Below are positions 1 to 9,975 of a DNA stretch of 64,000 nucleotides, one piece after another. The stretch is from a bacterium. Its GTDB lineage: Bacteria > Patescibacteriota > Saccharimonadia > Saccharimonadales > DATKHC01. The stretch lies in contig JAJXXC010000002.1 in the NCBI GenBank assembly GCA_021781215.1, forward strand, positions 147,371 through 211,370. The letters run 5' to 3'. The notes below the pieces were generated by a model, which made no database searches, was not told the DNA's origin, and saw only the letters and a program-made list of their open reading frames with translations. The position numbers and the translations under genes are program-made. Position 1 is the first letter of the stretch. Every line of letters starts with the position of its first letter.

Positions 1-1006
1 CTACATCTGCGTCAGTTGTGGTTATAAACGACTGGTAGTTACTAATTTTGCTAGTTAAGAGCCGTCGTCTTTGTTGATCTAACTCACCAAAAACATCGTC
101 AAGAAGAAGTATTGGTTTTTTATTTGTATAGTCCTCGATAATTTTAGCTTCTATTAGCTTTAGAGCCAATAAAGTAGTTCTGGTCTCACCACGAGAGGCA
201 ACTGAACTAAATTCGTGATTGTTTAAATATATTTTAAAATCTTCTCGATGTGGTCCATGAAGGGTGTGTCCTCTTAATTGGTCCTGGTTAAAATCCTCAA
301 GGGCCTTTAGTAGCTTAGTCTCATAATTATTGGGTTCAAATTCGCTAGTATATTTTAATACTACGTTTTCATTATTATTTGAAATACTTCTGTAGATATC
401 AGTTATCATCCGATTAATGGACTCGATTAAACTCCATCTTTGTATATATATTTTTCCACCCAGTTCGCTTAACTGAACGTTCCAGGCAAAAATACTATGC
501 TTGTCAACAGGAGGGTTTTTAAGCAAATTATTTCTTTGGGTGACTAGTCTTTTATATTTAGAAATTAAACGTCTGTAGCCGGGCTTTGTTTGGCCTAGAA
601 TATCATCTAAATAGTCTCGTCTGGCTTCGGGCGACCCTGTAAGTAGTTGTAGGTGGTTTGGTTCAAATAATACTATTGGTAGGGTTTGTTCTAGTTTTAA
701 CCTGACCATTGACTGACTATTAATTATAAAATTTTTTGTTATACCATCTTGTTGGTTTTTAATAATTTTTAAAATTCTGGTTTGATCTGGTGTATGAACT
801 TCAACCCTAGACCAATTACTACCAATTGATATTAAATTATGGTCTTTAGATCTGTAAGATGAGCCAGAGGTTATCATCATTATCGACTCAAGAAGATTGG
901 TTTTGCCGCTACCATTTTGGCCAATAATTATATTTACGCCGTCATTAATATCAAATGAGCTGTCTTTGTACGACCGAAAGTTCTGAAGGTGAATATCGGT
1001 AATCAT
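1..1006 (-). CDS. recF: DNA replication and repair protein RecF (C-terminus cut by window edge)
   Basis: Absent from the ORF track because it runs off the window. Minus-strand ATG at 1006..1004 gives MITDIHLQNFRSYKDSSFDINDGVNIIIGQNGSGKTNLLES (Walker A GQNGSGKT). The frame stays open to position 2 and ends ...QSFITTTDADV, typical of the RecF C-terminal region. Lies directly downstream of dnaA-dnaN. Confidence 0.9.
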   Translation of the reverse strand, partial: MITDIHLQNFRSYKDSSFDINDGVNIIIGQNGSGKTNLLESIMMITSGSSYRSKDHNLISIGSNWSRVEVHTPDQTRILKIIKNQQDGITKNFIINSQSMVRLKLEQTLPIVLFEPNHLQLLTGSPEARRDYLDDILGQTKPGYRRLISKYKRLVTQRNNLLKNPPVDKHSIFAWNVQLSELGGKIYIQRWSLIESINRMITDIYRSISNNNENVVLKYTSEFEPNNYETKLLKALEDFNQDQLRGHTLHGPHREDFKIYLNNHEFSSVASRGETRTTLLALKLIEAKIIEDYTNKKPILLLDDVFGELDQQRRRLLTSKISNYQSFITTTDADV

Positions 1007-1038
1007 ACTAATAGTTTACCCTAAACAGTTATTTCACC

Positions 1039-2133
1039 TTAGCTCTTAAGCGGCATAATAATATGGGTGTAGCTTGAGCTAGATTCTTTACTTGATAATA
1101 CTATTGGCTCTAACTTTCCATTAAACTTAACGTCAACATTATCTCCAGTTAAAACGTTTAAGGCTTCAAGTAGATATCTTGAGTTCATGGTAACCACTCC
1201 ATCACCAGCCACCTTAGCTTCGGCTGTTGCGGTGTTTTCACCAAGTTGTGAAGCAATTGAGTGAATACTAATTTGTTGGTTTTCTTCAGAAGTATTTATA
1301 GTAATACTACCGGCGCTTTCTCTTGCGAATAAAGCCGATACCTTAGTTATATTATTTAAGTCGTTTTTTGGTAGAGAAATTGTGGTGGTAAATTTCTTAG
1401 GAATCAGTTGACGATAATCTGGGTATTTACCATCAATAAGTCTAGCGGTTAGCTCAATATCACCAGCTGCAAATAATACTTGTTGATCATTATAAGTAAT
1501 TGCTACCTCACCGCTATAGTCTCCAATAATTCTAAGTAAATCTGATATAGCTGATGCTGGAACTAGAATATTAGTTTCTTGATCAGTTGGAGTGACTAGT
1601 TTTTCAGCTAATCGATAACTGTCAGTCGCCACAATATATAAATTCTTATTAAAACTATTAAAATAAACTCCTGTTAATATTGGCCTAGTTTCGTCACTCG
1701 AAGCTGCAATTACAACCTGAGACAAGCTTTGTTTTAAGCTGGCTGCGGGTAGGGTAATGGTTTGACCTTTTTCAATTGCTGGCATAACCGGGAAGTCTTC
1801 GCTTGAAACACCATTCATTACTGACTTATACATCCTGGAATTAATGTGTAGTTTATTATCGTCGAGGTTTAGATCAATAACTCCACTCGGCATATTACTA
1901 ATTAGGTCCTGGATTAGTCTGGCAGGGATAGTAATTGATCCTTCTTTAACAACCTTAGAGCCAATATAGTGGGTAACTGCTATATCTAGATTTGTGGCAG
2001 ATACACTTAATCGGTTATTAACGGTTTTAAGAAGCACGTTCGAAAGAATAGGTAGGGTAGACCTAGTGCTGGCTACTCTAGCTACGCTACTAAGAGCCTT
2101 ATTTAGGTTTTCCTGGGTGACTTGTAGTTTCAT
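1039..2133 (-). CDS. dnaN: DNA polymerase III beta sliding clamp
   Basis: 364-aa ORF. N-terminus MKLQVTQENLNKALSSVARVAS..TLPILSNVLL and C-terminus ..EPIVL...HIIMPLK are DnaN-like. Located between dnaA and recF. Confidence 0.95.
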   Translation of the reverse strand: MKLQVTQENLNKALSSVARVASTRSTLPILSNVLLKTVNNRLSVSATNLDIAVTHYIGSKVVKEGSITIPARLIQDLISNMPSGVIDLNLDDNKLHINSRMYKSVMNGVSSEDFPVMPAIEKGQTITLPAASLKQSLSQVVIAASSDETRPILTGVYFNSFNKNLYIVATDSYRLAEKLVTPTDQETNILVPASAISDLLRIIGDYSGEVAITYNDQQVLFAAGDIELTARLIDGKYPDYRQLIPKKFTTTISLPKNDLNNITKVSALFARESAGSITINTSEENQQISIHSIASQLGENTATAEAKVAGDGVVTMNSRYLLEALNVLTGDNVDVKFNGKLEPIVLSSKESSSSYTHIIMPLKS

Positions 2134-2403
2134 TATTTTTCCTCCGCGCTAGTTAATAATAAATTATTTATATACTTTGTTATAGCTCTTATTGGTCTTG
2201 TGGAAAGGTTGGAAAAGTCAGATTTTACAGAGTAATTGTTTGTAAAAAGTGTTGGGGATAGGCTGTTTATTGAACTAGTATTGGTGGGTATAAAACAGGG
2301 GTTTGTACCACTCACTAAAATTAATATTTTTTTAGCAGCGTATAAACTACCAGCTAATACACTAACAAACCACAACCTATCCACAACTAAAAAGCTACCA
2401 GGG
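2134..2403. promoter_or_regulatory. dnaA-dnaN intergenic region with DnaA-box-like 9-mers (possible second oriC module)
   Basis: CTATCCACA at 2377..2385 (+). CTTTCCACA on the minus strand at 2199..2207. AT-rich run about 2321..2336. The 92-aa ORF 2133..2411 that fills this gap has no recognisable features. Confidence 0.45.
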
Positions 2404-3789
2404 TTAGACATATAGTCGCTCCTTGATTTCTTTTACAGCTGTTCTGATCTGACCGTTTAAGCCAATTTCTCTCTCTATTTTGTCAACTGAATGAATGGCT
2501 GTAGTGTGGTCTTTGCGACCAAGCTCATGAGCTATTTTAGGAAAACTTAGGTGAAGTTCACTACGAAGAATATACATAGCAATTTGTCTTGGCATCACAA
2601 TATCTTTATCTCGCTTAGGCCCCATAATATCTTCAAGAGCGATTCTAAAATGTTTAGCAGTCTTATCCACCACCTGTCTTGGGTTAATGTGTTTTGGTCG
2701 GGTCTGGTTGCTGCTAAGTAGGTTCATCGCAATATCTAGGTTGGGCGAAATCTCACGCATCTCACAAAAAGCCAACAGCTGATTAAGTACACCCTCGAGC
2801 TCTCTAATGTTGGTTTGGATTAACTTGGCAAGATACTCTACTATGTCGTTTGTTAGAACAATTCCCTTATCATGGGCTTTGCTTTGAATAATTGCACACC
2901 TAGTTTCAAAATCCGGGGTTTGCATATCAATAGTCATGCCCCAAGCAAAACGGCTTCGGAGTCTTTCTTCTAGGGTTGGAATATCTCTTGGCGGTTTGTC
3001 GCTGCTAATAATAATTTGTTTATTGGCTTGATGTAGGGCATTAAAGGTATGGAAAAACTCTTCTTGCATCTTTTCTTTGCCAGCAATAAATTGAACGTCG
3101 TCAATAATCAACACATCGACGCTGCGATAGTTTTGAGCAAACTCATTAGTCTTTTTGTATCTCAAAGCACTAACAAATTCTTGGACGAACTGTTCTGAAG
3201 AAATATAAACTACTTTTTTATCTGGCTGATTTTTAACAATACTATTACCCACAGCTTGAATTAAGTGGGTTTTGCCAATACCAACACCACCATAAACAAA
3301 CAAGGGGTTATATTTGGTTCCCGGTATATTACTAATTGACATACAGGCGGCGTAGGCTAGCTCGTTGCCACTGCCAACCACAAAGTTCTCAAAAGTATAC
3401 TTCTCGTTAAGGCCTTGTCTGTAATCATGAGAATATGGGCTGGACGGGGCTGATACGGTTAGATGAGCTGGTAGGGGGTCGTCAGAGCTGGTTGTAGTCT
3501 TTGGCTCAAACTGTTTAGCCTCAACTTCTACTGGGTGGTTACTGCCAAAGGAATGAATCTTAAAGTGCAGACCTTCAGGTTTTACGCCATTTTTTTGTAA
3601 CAACTCAGAGATTAGGCCAGTATATTTGTTTTCCAACTGTTGTTTAATAAAGACGTTAGGGACCCCTACGACAATTACCCCACCCTTATTTTTAAGTAGA
3701 GTAGTTTGCTTGAACCAGGTTAAATAACTAGCATGTGAGACACTAAGTTCAACTTCACCAAGTACAGCCTGCCACAGATTATCCTGCAT
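2404..3789 (-). CDS. dnaA: Chromosomal replication initiator DnaA
   Basis: 461 aa. AAA+ Walker A GGVGIGKTHL, Walker B LIIDDVQF, and C-terminal DNA-binding region ..GRKDHTTAIHSVDKI. GAGGGAG Shine-Dalgarno about 12 nt upstream. Confidence 0.97.
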   Translation of the reverse strand: MQDNLWQAVLGEVELSVSHASYLTWFKQTTLLKNKGGVIVVGVPNVFIKQQLENKYTGLISELLQKNGVKPEGLHFKIHSFGSNHPVEVEAKQFEPKTTTSSDDPLPAHLTVSAPSSPYSHDYRQGLNEKYTFENFVVGSGNELAYAACMSISNIPGTKYNPLFVYGGVGIGKTHLIQAVGNSIVKNQPDKKVVYISSEQFVQEFVSALRYKKTNEFAQNYRSVDVLIIDDVQFIAGKEKMQEEFFHTFNALHQANKQIIISSDKPPRDIPTLEERLRSRFAWGMTIDMQTPDFETRCAIIQSKAHDKGIVLTNDIVEYLAKLIQTNIRELEGVLNQLLAFCEMREISPNLDIAMNLLSSNQTRPKHINPRQVVDKTAKHFRIALEDIMGPKRDKDIVMPRQIAMYILRSELHLSFPKIAHELGRKDHTTAIHSVDKIEREIGLNGQIRTAVKEIKERLYV

Positions 3790-4085
3790 ATCTTTCTTTA
3801 AACTCCCTCACACTTTTTAGATTTAAAAGTTTATATCAATCACTATACCGACTTTGCGGTGACTTTTCCACAGGGAAATTAAAACCAATTTTTTATAAAC
3901 CATAAATTAGTCTTACAAGAGTAAAAGTTGTACACATTAATAGTCAACACCTATAAAGTCGTGGAAAACATTTGGGATTTAGTGGAAAAGCTGATACTAT
4001 TAGCGCATAAATATTGTTAATTTCACGCCGAGACAAAATCCGGTTTGACTAACAACTAACAAAGCCAATAAACTTATATAACATT
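3790..4085. promoter_or_regulatory. oriC candidate / DnaA-box cluster between dnaA and rpmH
   Basis: TTTTCCACA at 3864..3872 (+). TTTTCCACG (minus) at 3960..3968. TTTTCCACT (minus) at 3981..3989. A 296-bp non-coding AT-rich spacer between divergent dnaA and rpmH, the classical origin position. Confidence 0.6.
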
Positions 4086-4223
4086 ATGCCAAAGCGAACC
4101 TATCAACCAAAAAAACGTCATCGAGCTCATGAGCACGGATTTATGAAGAGAATGGCTACCAAAGCCGGTAGGTCAGTTCTTAAGCGTCGCCGAAATAAGG
4201 GACGAACTAAACTTAGCTACTAA
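4086..4223 (+). CDS. rpmH: 50S ribosomal protein L34
   Basis: Too short for the ORF track. My translation is [45 protein letters not shown] (45 aa, TAA at 4221..4223), the canonical L34 sequence. Followed by rnpA. Confidence 0.95.
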   Translation: MPKRTYQPKKRHRAHEHGFMKRMATKAGRSVLKRRRNKGRTKLSY

Positions 4224-4242
4224 TTTCATCTATACTAATTAA

Positions 4243-4587
4243 ATGATTAGTCGAGAGAATAGATTCCATGGTCATGGATCACTAAAATATACCTATCGCA
4301 GGGGAGAAACCATTAGGGGACCGCTGTGTTCAACTAAGTATGTATTCAATCCTCGCCGAGATAAATACAGACTCGCAGTAGTTGTTAATAAGAAAGTAAA
4401 TAAGTCAGCAGTGGTTAGAAATAAAATTCGGCGGCAAATATACGAGGTTGTTAGATTGATCTCAGAACAAATTAATAGTCCTTGCGATTTGGTAATTACG
4501 GTTTTCAGCGATCAGATTCTAGAAATTAGTCACGATGAGCTAGTAGTAATGATAAAAGCCCAGTTTAGCCAGGCCAAAATTATTTAA
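4243..4587 (+). CDS. rnpA: Ribonuclease P protein component
   Basis: 114-aa basic protein immediately after rpmH. Contains KSAVVRNKIRRQIYEVVR, matching the RNase P protein RNR-type motif. Confidence 0.9.
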   Translation: MISRENRFHGHGSLKYTYRRGETIRGPLCSTKYVFNPRRDKYRLAVVVNKKVNKSAVVRNKIRRQIYEVVRLISEQINSPCDLVITVFSDQILEISHDELVVMIKAQFSQAKII

Positions 4588-4634
4588 TAAACGACCCGAA
4601 CTAGTAATAAAAAGTATGTTTTAACACCGTATAG

Positions 4635-4661
4635 GTGCATAGTGTACTGTGCACTATGCAC
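4635..4661 (+). terminator. Perfect 10-bp stem hairpin after rnpA (weak intrinsic terminator or regulatory hairpin)
   Basis: GTGCATAGTG (4635..4644), loop TACTGTG, CACTATGCAC (4652..4661). Followed only by the weak U tract TATTTGTG. Confidence 0.3.
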
Positions 4662-4848
4662 TATTTGTGCCATCATACCCCAAAAAACACTATCCAAAAC
4701 TGAAGATAGAATCATTAACGCCAGAGAAACAATTGAGATCGATGATAATAGACACTACGATAACGTATTGCTAATAGATGATATGGTTGGGTCTGGCTCA
4801 GCGAAGCTTAGAGCGCTACTCGATGACAGGTATTTGTTTGACGAATGA
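4642..4848 (+). pseudogene. Remnant of a ComF-like / type I phosphoribosyltransferase gene (C-terminal fragment)
   Basis: 68-aa GTG-started ORF. ..DRIINARETIEIDDNRHYDNVLLIDDMVGSGSA resembles the R..N..F.V....VLLVDDVxTTGAT PRPP-binding region of ComF/PRTases. It lacks the N-terminal domain and the normal C-terminus, and its start overlaps the hairpin at 4635..4661. Confidence 0.35.
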
Positions 4849-4947
4849 ATCAAGATTCGAAACTTGGCAGTTCTGATGATAATAAAAAGTAGGCTTAAAT
4901 AACCATCATGTTATTATAGATACATATAAACAATCCGGGAGACTTAT

Positions 4948-5895
4948 ATGTTCGCGTCCATTTTTCAAGTCATAATTGTAAAACCAATATTTAATCTTTT
5001 AGTAGCTATTTATGCTGTTTTGCCAGGTCATAATTTCGGTCTAGCACTGATTTTATTCACCATTGTTATAAGGCTATTAATGTGGCCACTGGTTAAAAAA
5101 CAACTTCATCAGGCCAAGGCAATGCGCCAACTCCAACCAGAAATTAAAAAGATTAAAGCCGCCTCTAAGGGTAATCGTCAAGAAGAATCCAGAATGTTGA
5201 TGGAGCTCTACAAGGAAAGAGATATTAGTCCGTTTGGCTCAATTGGTACTCTTGTAATTCAGTTTATAGTTTTAATTGGCTTATATTCTGGGTTAAGAGA
5301 CGTAGTGTCTCATCCGTCAGTAATAATTAGCGGCTCGTATTCATGGCTAACTAGCATTAGTTGGATGAAGCAATTGGCTGGGAATATTCACTTGTTCGAC
5401 GCCACACTGCTTCATAGCGTCGATTTAACTAAGTCTGCGCTGAAACCCGGTGGTGGAATATATTGGCCAGCTATGGTTATAGTGGTTGCCAGTGCTATCA
5501 CTCAGTACTATTCAAGTAAACAAATAATGCCGACCTCTAAAGATTCGAGAAGCCTGAAGACAATTCTAAAAGATGCCGGCAAGGGCTCCAAGGCCGACCA
5601 GTCTGAAGTTAGTGCAGCGGTTGGAAAAACTACCAGGTATTTTATTCCAGTGATGATTTTCTTCTTTACCGTAGGTCTTCCATCGGCCCTAAGCCTTTAT
5701 TGGTTTGTTGGCGGATTAATAGCCTTCTTACAACAGGGCTATATATTACGAAAGGGCGAAGAAGAATTTGAAGTTATTGCTGATGCTCCGGCTAAATCTA
5801 AATCAGCCAGACCAGTTGTTAAATCAGAAGTGATTTCTAAAAAACCATCAGACCAGACAGACGGAGTTAAAATAACTAAAAAGGGCAGTAAGTAA
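4948..5895 (+). CDS. yidC: Membrane protein insertase YidC (short, monoderm type)
   Basis: 315-aa polytopic protein. LLMWPLVKKQLHQAKAMRQLQPEIKKIK matches the YidC/Oxa1 motif. Position after rnpA is conserved. GGGAG Shine-Dalgarno upstream. Confidence 0.9.
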   Translation: MFASIFQVIIVKPIFNLLVAIYAVLPGHNFGLALILFTIVIRLLMWPLVKKQLHQAKAMRQLQPEIKKIKAASKGNRQEESRMLMELYKERDISPFGSIGTLVIQFIVLIGLYSGLRDVVSHPSVIISGSYSWLTSISWMKQLAGNIHLFDATLLHSVDLTKSALKPGGGIYWPAMVIVVASAITQYYSSKQIMPTSKDSRSLKTILKDAGKGSKADQSEVSAAVGKTTRYFIPVMIFFFTVGLPSALSLYWFVGGLIAFLQQGYILRKGEEEFEVIADAPAKSKSARPVVKSEVISKKPSDQTDGVKITKKGSK

Positions 5896-6356
5896 TGGAA
5901 GAGTCAATTGTTTTCGCTAAAAAATATCTCGAAGATGTCCTGTCGTTTTTTGGATTTAATACCGAAGTAGTGGCCTCATCTGACGATGAAGTAATTGAGC
6001 TATCTATCCCCTCGTCGCACTTAAATGGGTTTTTAATTGGCCAGCGCGGCGAGACAATGCGAGCCCTGCAATACCTAGTTGGCAGCGCACTTAGAAATGG
6101 CAGCTACGGCGTTAGTAGAATAAATATTGACGTGGCTGATTATAAAAAGGCCAAAGCTGAAGTTTTAGCACACAGGGTTGATGAATGGGTCGAAGTCGTG
6201 AAAAACACTAAAGAACCCATGGCGCTTCAACCAATGAATTCAGCAGACCGTAGAATTGTTCACAAGGTGGCTTCTGAAGCTGGGCTTAATACTGAATCGG
6301 TGGGAGAAGGAAGAGACCGACACGTTGTGCTGAAATTGTCTGAAGAAACTAAATAA
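5895..6356 (+). CDS. jag: Jag/KhpB-type RNA-binding protein (KH + R3H domains)
   Basis: 153 aa. Start overlaps the yidC stop. R3H region ..MNSADRRIVHKVASEAGLNTESVGEGRDRHVVL. Conserved yidC-jag pairing. Confidence 0.85.
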   Translation: MEESIVFAKKYLEDVLSFFGFNTEVVASSDDEVIELSIPSSHLNGFLIGQRGETMRALQYLVGSALRNGSYGVSRINIDVADYKKAKAEVLAHRVDEWVEVVKNTKEPMALQPMNSADRRIVHKVASEAGLNTESVGEGRDRHVVLKLSEETK

Positions 6357-6406
6357 CCTGGTATAATTTTTTAAGTTTATAAACATAATAAAAACCTGAG
6401 CAATCT

Positions 6407-7807
6407 ATGAATGTATCTTTATTTAGTCAATCTTTGGTCATAATATTTTTTGGCACAGTTGTCGGCCTAACGGTTTATCTATTTTCAAAAATTGATTTAA
6501 AACTTAGGCTTAAAGTCTTGGTATTAATGATACTATCCGCCCTGGTAGTATCAATTGCCCTGGTTTATTTAATTGCTTGGATAACTCAATCGGGCAATGA
6601 ACTGCCAGATAACCTCTGGTTGATGGCCTTTCCGTTTTCATTCAGTCTATTTATACTACCGGCTATTTTGTTGGCGCGTCGATATGTAAAAAAACATACA
6701 CCGCCAAAAAAGGGCAGAAAAAAAATAGTCGAAGAACATATCACCAAGACTAGTTACTTAGCAGTGTTTAGCGCATTGAATGTAGTCCTAGGGCTATCAT
6801 TCGCGTTACTAACGGTTAATAACTATTATCACTATTACCCAACGCTTAACACGGTGTTTAATATTGGTAGGCCGAGATCTCTAGTGCTTAATCAAGATAA
6901 CAAAATTGTTTTGCAATACAGTGGCAGTAAATCATCTGCTAATAGTATAGAATCTTCAATTTATAATAATGATCCTAGTACCAGCAAGGGCAAGTTGTAC
7001 GGTCTTGATATCCCAGGCACGGTCTCAAAGTTTAAAACTCGTGGCGGTTGGTTATATGTCCCGTCCATCGCCTTTAACTCGACATCTTTAGTAAAATTAC
7101 CAGTGCTAGTGATGTTACCGGGTTCTCCGGGAATAGTTGACAATATGATGTTTGGGGCCGGGTTAAACACAGCACTGTCTCAACTTGCTGCCACTCACCA
7201 CGGCATAACTCCACTAGTCTATGTGGCTGATGATAATGGTTCAACCTTTAATGATACAGAGTGTGTTAATAGCTCTAAGGGTAACGCCGAAACTTATTTA
7301 ACAGTTGATGTGCCAAATTATATTAAGAAACACTTTAATGTCTCAGACAATCCTGCTAACTGGGCAATCGGTGGAATAAGCATGGGTGGCACCTGTGCTG
7401 TTATGCTAACTCTAACTAATCCAAACGTCTATCACTATTTCGTAGACCTAGGGGGTGAACAGGGGCCAACTTTTAATTCTGGTTCGCCGGAAATTACTAC
7501 CAAAGTTCTATTTAATGGATCTGTAAACGAATACAATCTTCATCAGCCAATGTATTTATTAGCAAAGAATAAATATAAGGGGCTGGGTGGATTCTTTGGT
7601 AATGGTAATGGTGATACGCTAAGCGTAACTTCGGGCACAGCACTACTTTACAACACTACTAAGAATGATGGTTTTGACGTAGTTCATGAAACTGTAAACG
7701 GTAGTCATACATTTACTACATGGACCGAACTAGTTAAAGAAGCGCTCCCGTGGATATCAAATAGGATTGGCGCAACCGAATGTACGGAAACAGCTATTTG
7801 TCAGTAA
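6407..7807 (+). CDS. Membrane-anchored alpha/beta-hydrolase (putative esterase family)
   Basis: 466 aa. N-terminal transmembrane segments. Nucleophile elbow WAIGGISMGGTCAV (GxSxG), as in esterase D / antigen-85-type esterases. Confidence 0.6.
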   Translation: MNVSLFSQSLVIIFFGTVVGLTVYLFSKIDLKLRLKVLVLMILSALVVSIALVYLIAWITQSGNELPDNLWLMAFPFSFSLFILPAILLARRYVKKHTPPKKGRKKIVEEHITKTSYLAVFSALNVVLGLSFALLTVNNYYHYYPTLNTVFNIGRPRSLVLNQDNKIVLQYSGSKSSANSIESSIYNNDPSTSKGKLYGLDIPGTVSKFKTRGGWLYVPSIAFNSTSLVKLPVLVMLPGSPGIVDNMMFGAGLNTALSQLAATHHGITPLVYVADDNGSTFNDTECVNSSKGNAETYLTVDVPNYIKKHFNVSDNPANWAIGGISMGGTCAVMLTLTNPNVYHYFVDLGGEQGPTFNSGSPEITTKVLFNGSVNEYNLHQPMYLLAKNKYKGLGGFFGNGNGDTLSVTSGTALLYNTTKNDGFDVVHETVNGSHTFTTWTELVKEALPWISNRIGATECTETAICQ

Positions 7808-7813
7808 CGTTAT

Positions 7814-8905
7814 CTACTTTAGAATTGAATTATAGATAGCCAACGTTTCTTGAGCCATTTTCTTCCAGGAGTATTTTTTAATTTGTTCTAAACCTTTTTC
7901 GCTCATATTTTTGGCTTTTGCAGGACTCTTTAAAATGGAATCAATTTTGAGAGCCATATCTTCTACGTCGAATGGGTCAAAATAAACTGCAGCATTACCA
8001 TAAATTTCAGGCAGGCAGGTCGCGTTACTACTAATTACCGGTGCGCCGTGTCTCATTGCTTCTAGCCCCGGTAAGCCAAATCCCTCGCTTAGGCTAGGAA
8101 AGACGTAAGCTTGGCAATTCTCGTATAGCCATTTTAGCTGACTATCTGGAATGAAACCGAGAAATTCAACGCCTTCGATAGACTTATCTTTAACCCATTT
8201 ACTTAGTTTCTTATAGTTAGAATCTCTTTTTCCGACTAAAGCCAAACGAAGATCTGGGTAACTTTTTTTAAGCTCAGAGAAGGCCGAAATTAAACGATAT
8301 AAGTTTTTGTGGGGGTTGGGTCTTCCGACATACATAATAAACTTTTGCTTTTCTAATTCTGGGACCACCTCTGCTTTCTGGTCGAGTTTAACTGATCCCT
8401 CATAAGTGACGGCTATTTTTCGACTGTTTATTTTTGCAAATTTAGCAAGATTATCCTTAACGTATTCTGAGGGAGTAATAATGACCTTAGATTTTGCGGC
8501 TACTATTTTTATTACTAACTTATAGACAAGTTGTTTGATTGCAAAGACTAGTTTATTTTTTGATGGATTACCAAAACGGGCAGTGGTTAGATCGTGAATA
8601 GTGGTTACTACGTGTCCTGGGTAGAGGATTGGCTGTTGAGTCATGCCAAAATGAACTAAGTTTGGCTTGAGCTCAAGTAGCTGAATCAAAAAGCCCAATT
8701 GTTCGTTAAAAGTGAATTCTTTATATGGGCAGGCGAGTTTGTGAAATTTTCGATTAGTCGGTTGCCATGAATCAAAGTCCTTGGGTTTTAGTAGAACCGT
8801 ATAGCTATTATCATTATCCAGCTGCTGAAGATAATGCAGCAATCTTTCAATGTATCTTCCGGTGCTAGTTCTAAGCTCGCGGGCATCAATTACAATTTTA
8901 CTCAT
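7814..8905 (-). CDS. Glycosyltransferase, GT4 family
   Basis: 363 aa. C-terminal EX7E-type region AYVFPSLSEGFGLPGLEAMRHGAPVISS. Confidence 0.85.
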   Translation of the reverse strand: MSKIVIDARELRTSTGRYIERLLHYLQQLDNDNSYTVLLKPKDFDSWQPTNRKFHKLACPYKEFTFNEQLGFLIQLLELKPNLVHFGMTQQPILYPGHVVTTIHDLTTARFGNPSKNKLVFAIKQLVYKLVIKIVAAKSKVIITPSEYVKDNLAKFAKINSRKIAVTYEGSVKLDQKAEVVPELEKQKFIMYVGRPNPHKNLYRLISAFSELKKSYPDLRLALVGKRDSNYKKLSKWVKDKSIEGVEFLGFIPDSQLKWLYENCQAYVFPSLSEGFGLPGLEAMRHGAPVISSNATCLPEIYGNAAVYFDPFDVEDMALKIDSILKSPAKAKNMSEKGLEQIKKYSWKKMAQETLAIYNSILK

Positions 8906-9135
8906 CTATAGTATTCTAACACCCCTAGCAACCGACGTGATCTACGGATGCACTAAATGATTCACCCTATGAATTAACTAATATTTATATAAACAGATAA
9001 AAACATCGAATATTTTATCGCCTTTTACTATTTATATAAATATAGAGACATATATTATTTTATTTTTTATTCCAAGAGGTATATAGTGCAAATTAATAGA
9101 AAGTGGTGGTGGCCTTCTCTAGCCTAGGTATCATC

Positions 9136-9975
9136 ATGAACAAAAAAACGTCAAAAACAACTAACAAGCAAGCAAGTAGTAGTTTAACTCCAAGATCAGT
9201 AGTGATTACTAAGCAGCAATTACTAATATTAACTAGGATATATAATTTTAGATTTGTTAGTACGGCTCAATTGCAGCAATTATTAGCCAAGAAGCAACTT
9301 CAACAAGTCCAACAACGATTGAATTTATTACTTAAACGTGGCTATATTGGTCGAAACTTTAGCAATCAGGATAGATTAACTGGCAGGTATGCTTCCTATT
9401 ATCTTTTACCAAAGGGCATGAAGGTCCTCAGGCAACATCAAATTAAACTAGATGTTAAATTAAATTCTAAAGTACTCCACAATATTTATAAGGACAAAAC
9501 TGCCTCCACCAGGTTTATTAATCATTGCCTCGGCGTAGGAGACATTAATTGTCATTTAAAGCGGTTGTACGGCGAGGATATCGAATTTATTTCTAAGAGC
9601 AAATTAGCAGACTATGATTTCCTGCCCAACCCTTTGCCAGATGCCTTTATAAGACAAGATAAAACCCAAGAATATTTTCTTGAATACTGCGAAGAGATAG
9701 TACCTTTTTTTGTATACAGAAAAAGAATTAAACAATATGTTGAGGTATATATTGAGGAGGGAGCCTGGAAAGATGCAACTGGCACAGAATTGCCAACCAT
9801 ACGACTGGTTGCTGAAACGCCGGTACTACAAAGAAGACTAAAAAGATTTATTACCAAGTACCTTAATAATTTATATATGGGCACAGGTGCTAGATTCTTA
9901 ATAACCAACCTGGAACGGCTTAAAACCTCGGATAGCCAATTTATATGGAGTGTAATAATCCAAGAAGAAGAGTAG
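9136..9975 (+). CDS. Replication-relaxation-like winged-helix protein (hypothetical)
   Basis: ORF track starts at GTG 9103; ATG at 9136 (MNKKTSK..) is more likely. ITKQQLLILTRIYNFRFVSTAQLQQLL....QQRLNLLLKRGYIGR resembles the N-terminal wHTH of the Replic_Relax family. Flanked by long AT-rich spacers. Confidence 0.4.
   Translation: MNKKTSKTTNKQASSSLTPRSVVITKQQLLILTRIYNFRFVSTAQLQQLLAKKQLQQVQQRLNLLLKRGYIGRNFSNQDRLTGRYASYYLLPKGMKVLRQHQIKLDVKLNSKVLHNIYKDKTASTRFINHCLGVGDINCHLKRLYGEDIEFISKSKLADYDFLPNPLPDAFIRQDKTQEYFLEYCEEIVPFFVYRKRIKQYVEVYIEEGAWKDATGTELPTIRLVAETPVLQRRLKRFITKYLNNLYMGTGARFLITNLERLKTSDSQFIWSVIIQEEE

Noticed and set aside
2133-2411. 92-aa minus-strand ORF filling the dnaA-dnaN spacer
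   Set aside because: It overlaps both neighbours' ends, has no motifs and an odd composition, and the region is better explained as non-coding origin or promoter DNA with DnaA boxes.
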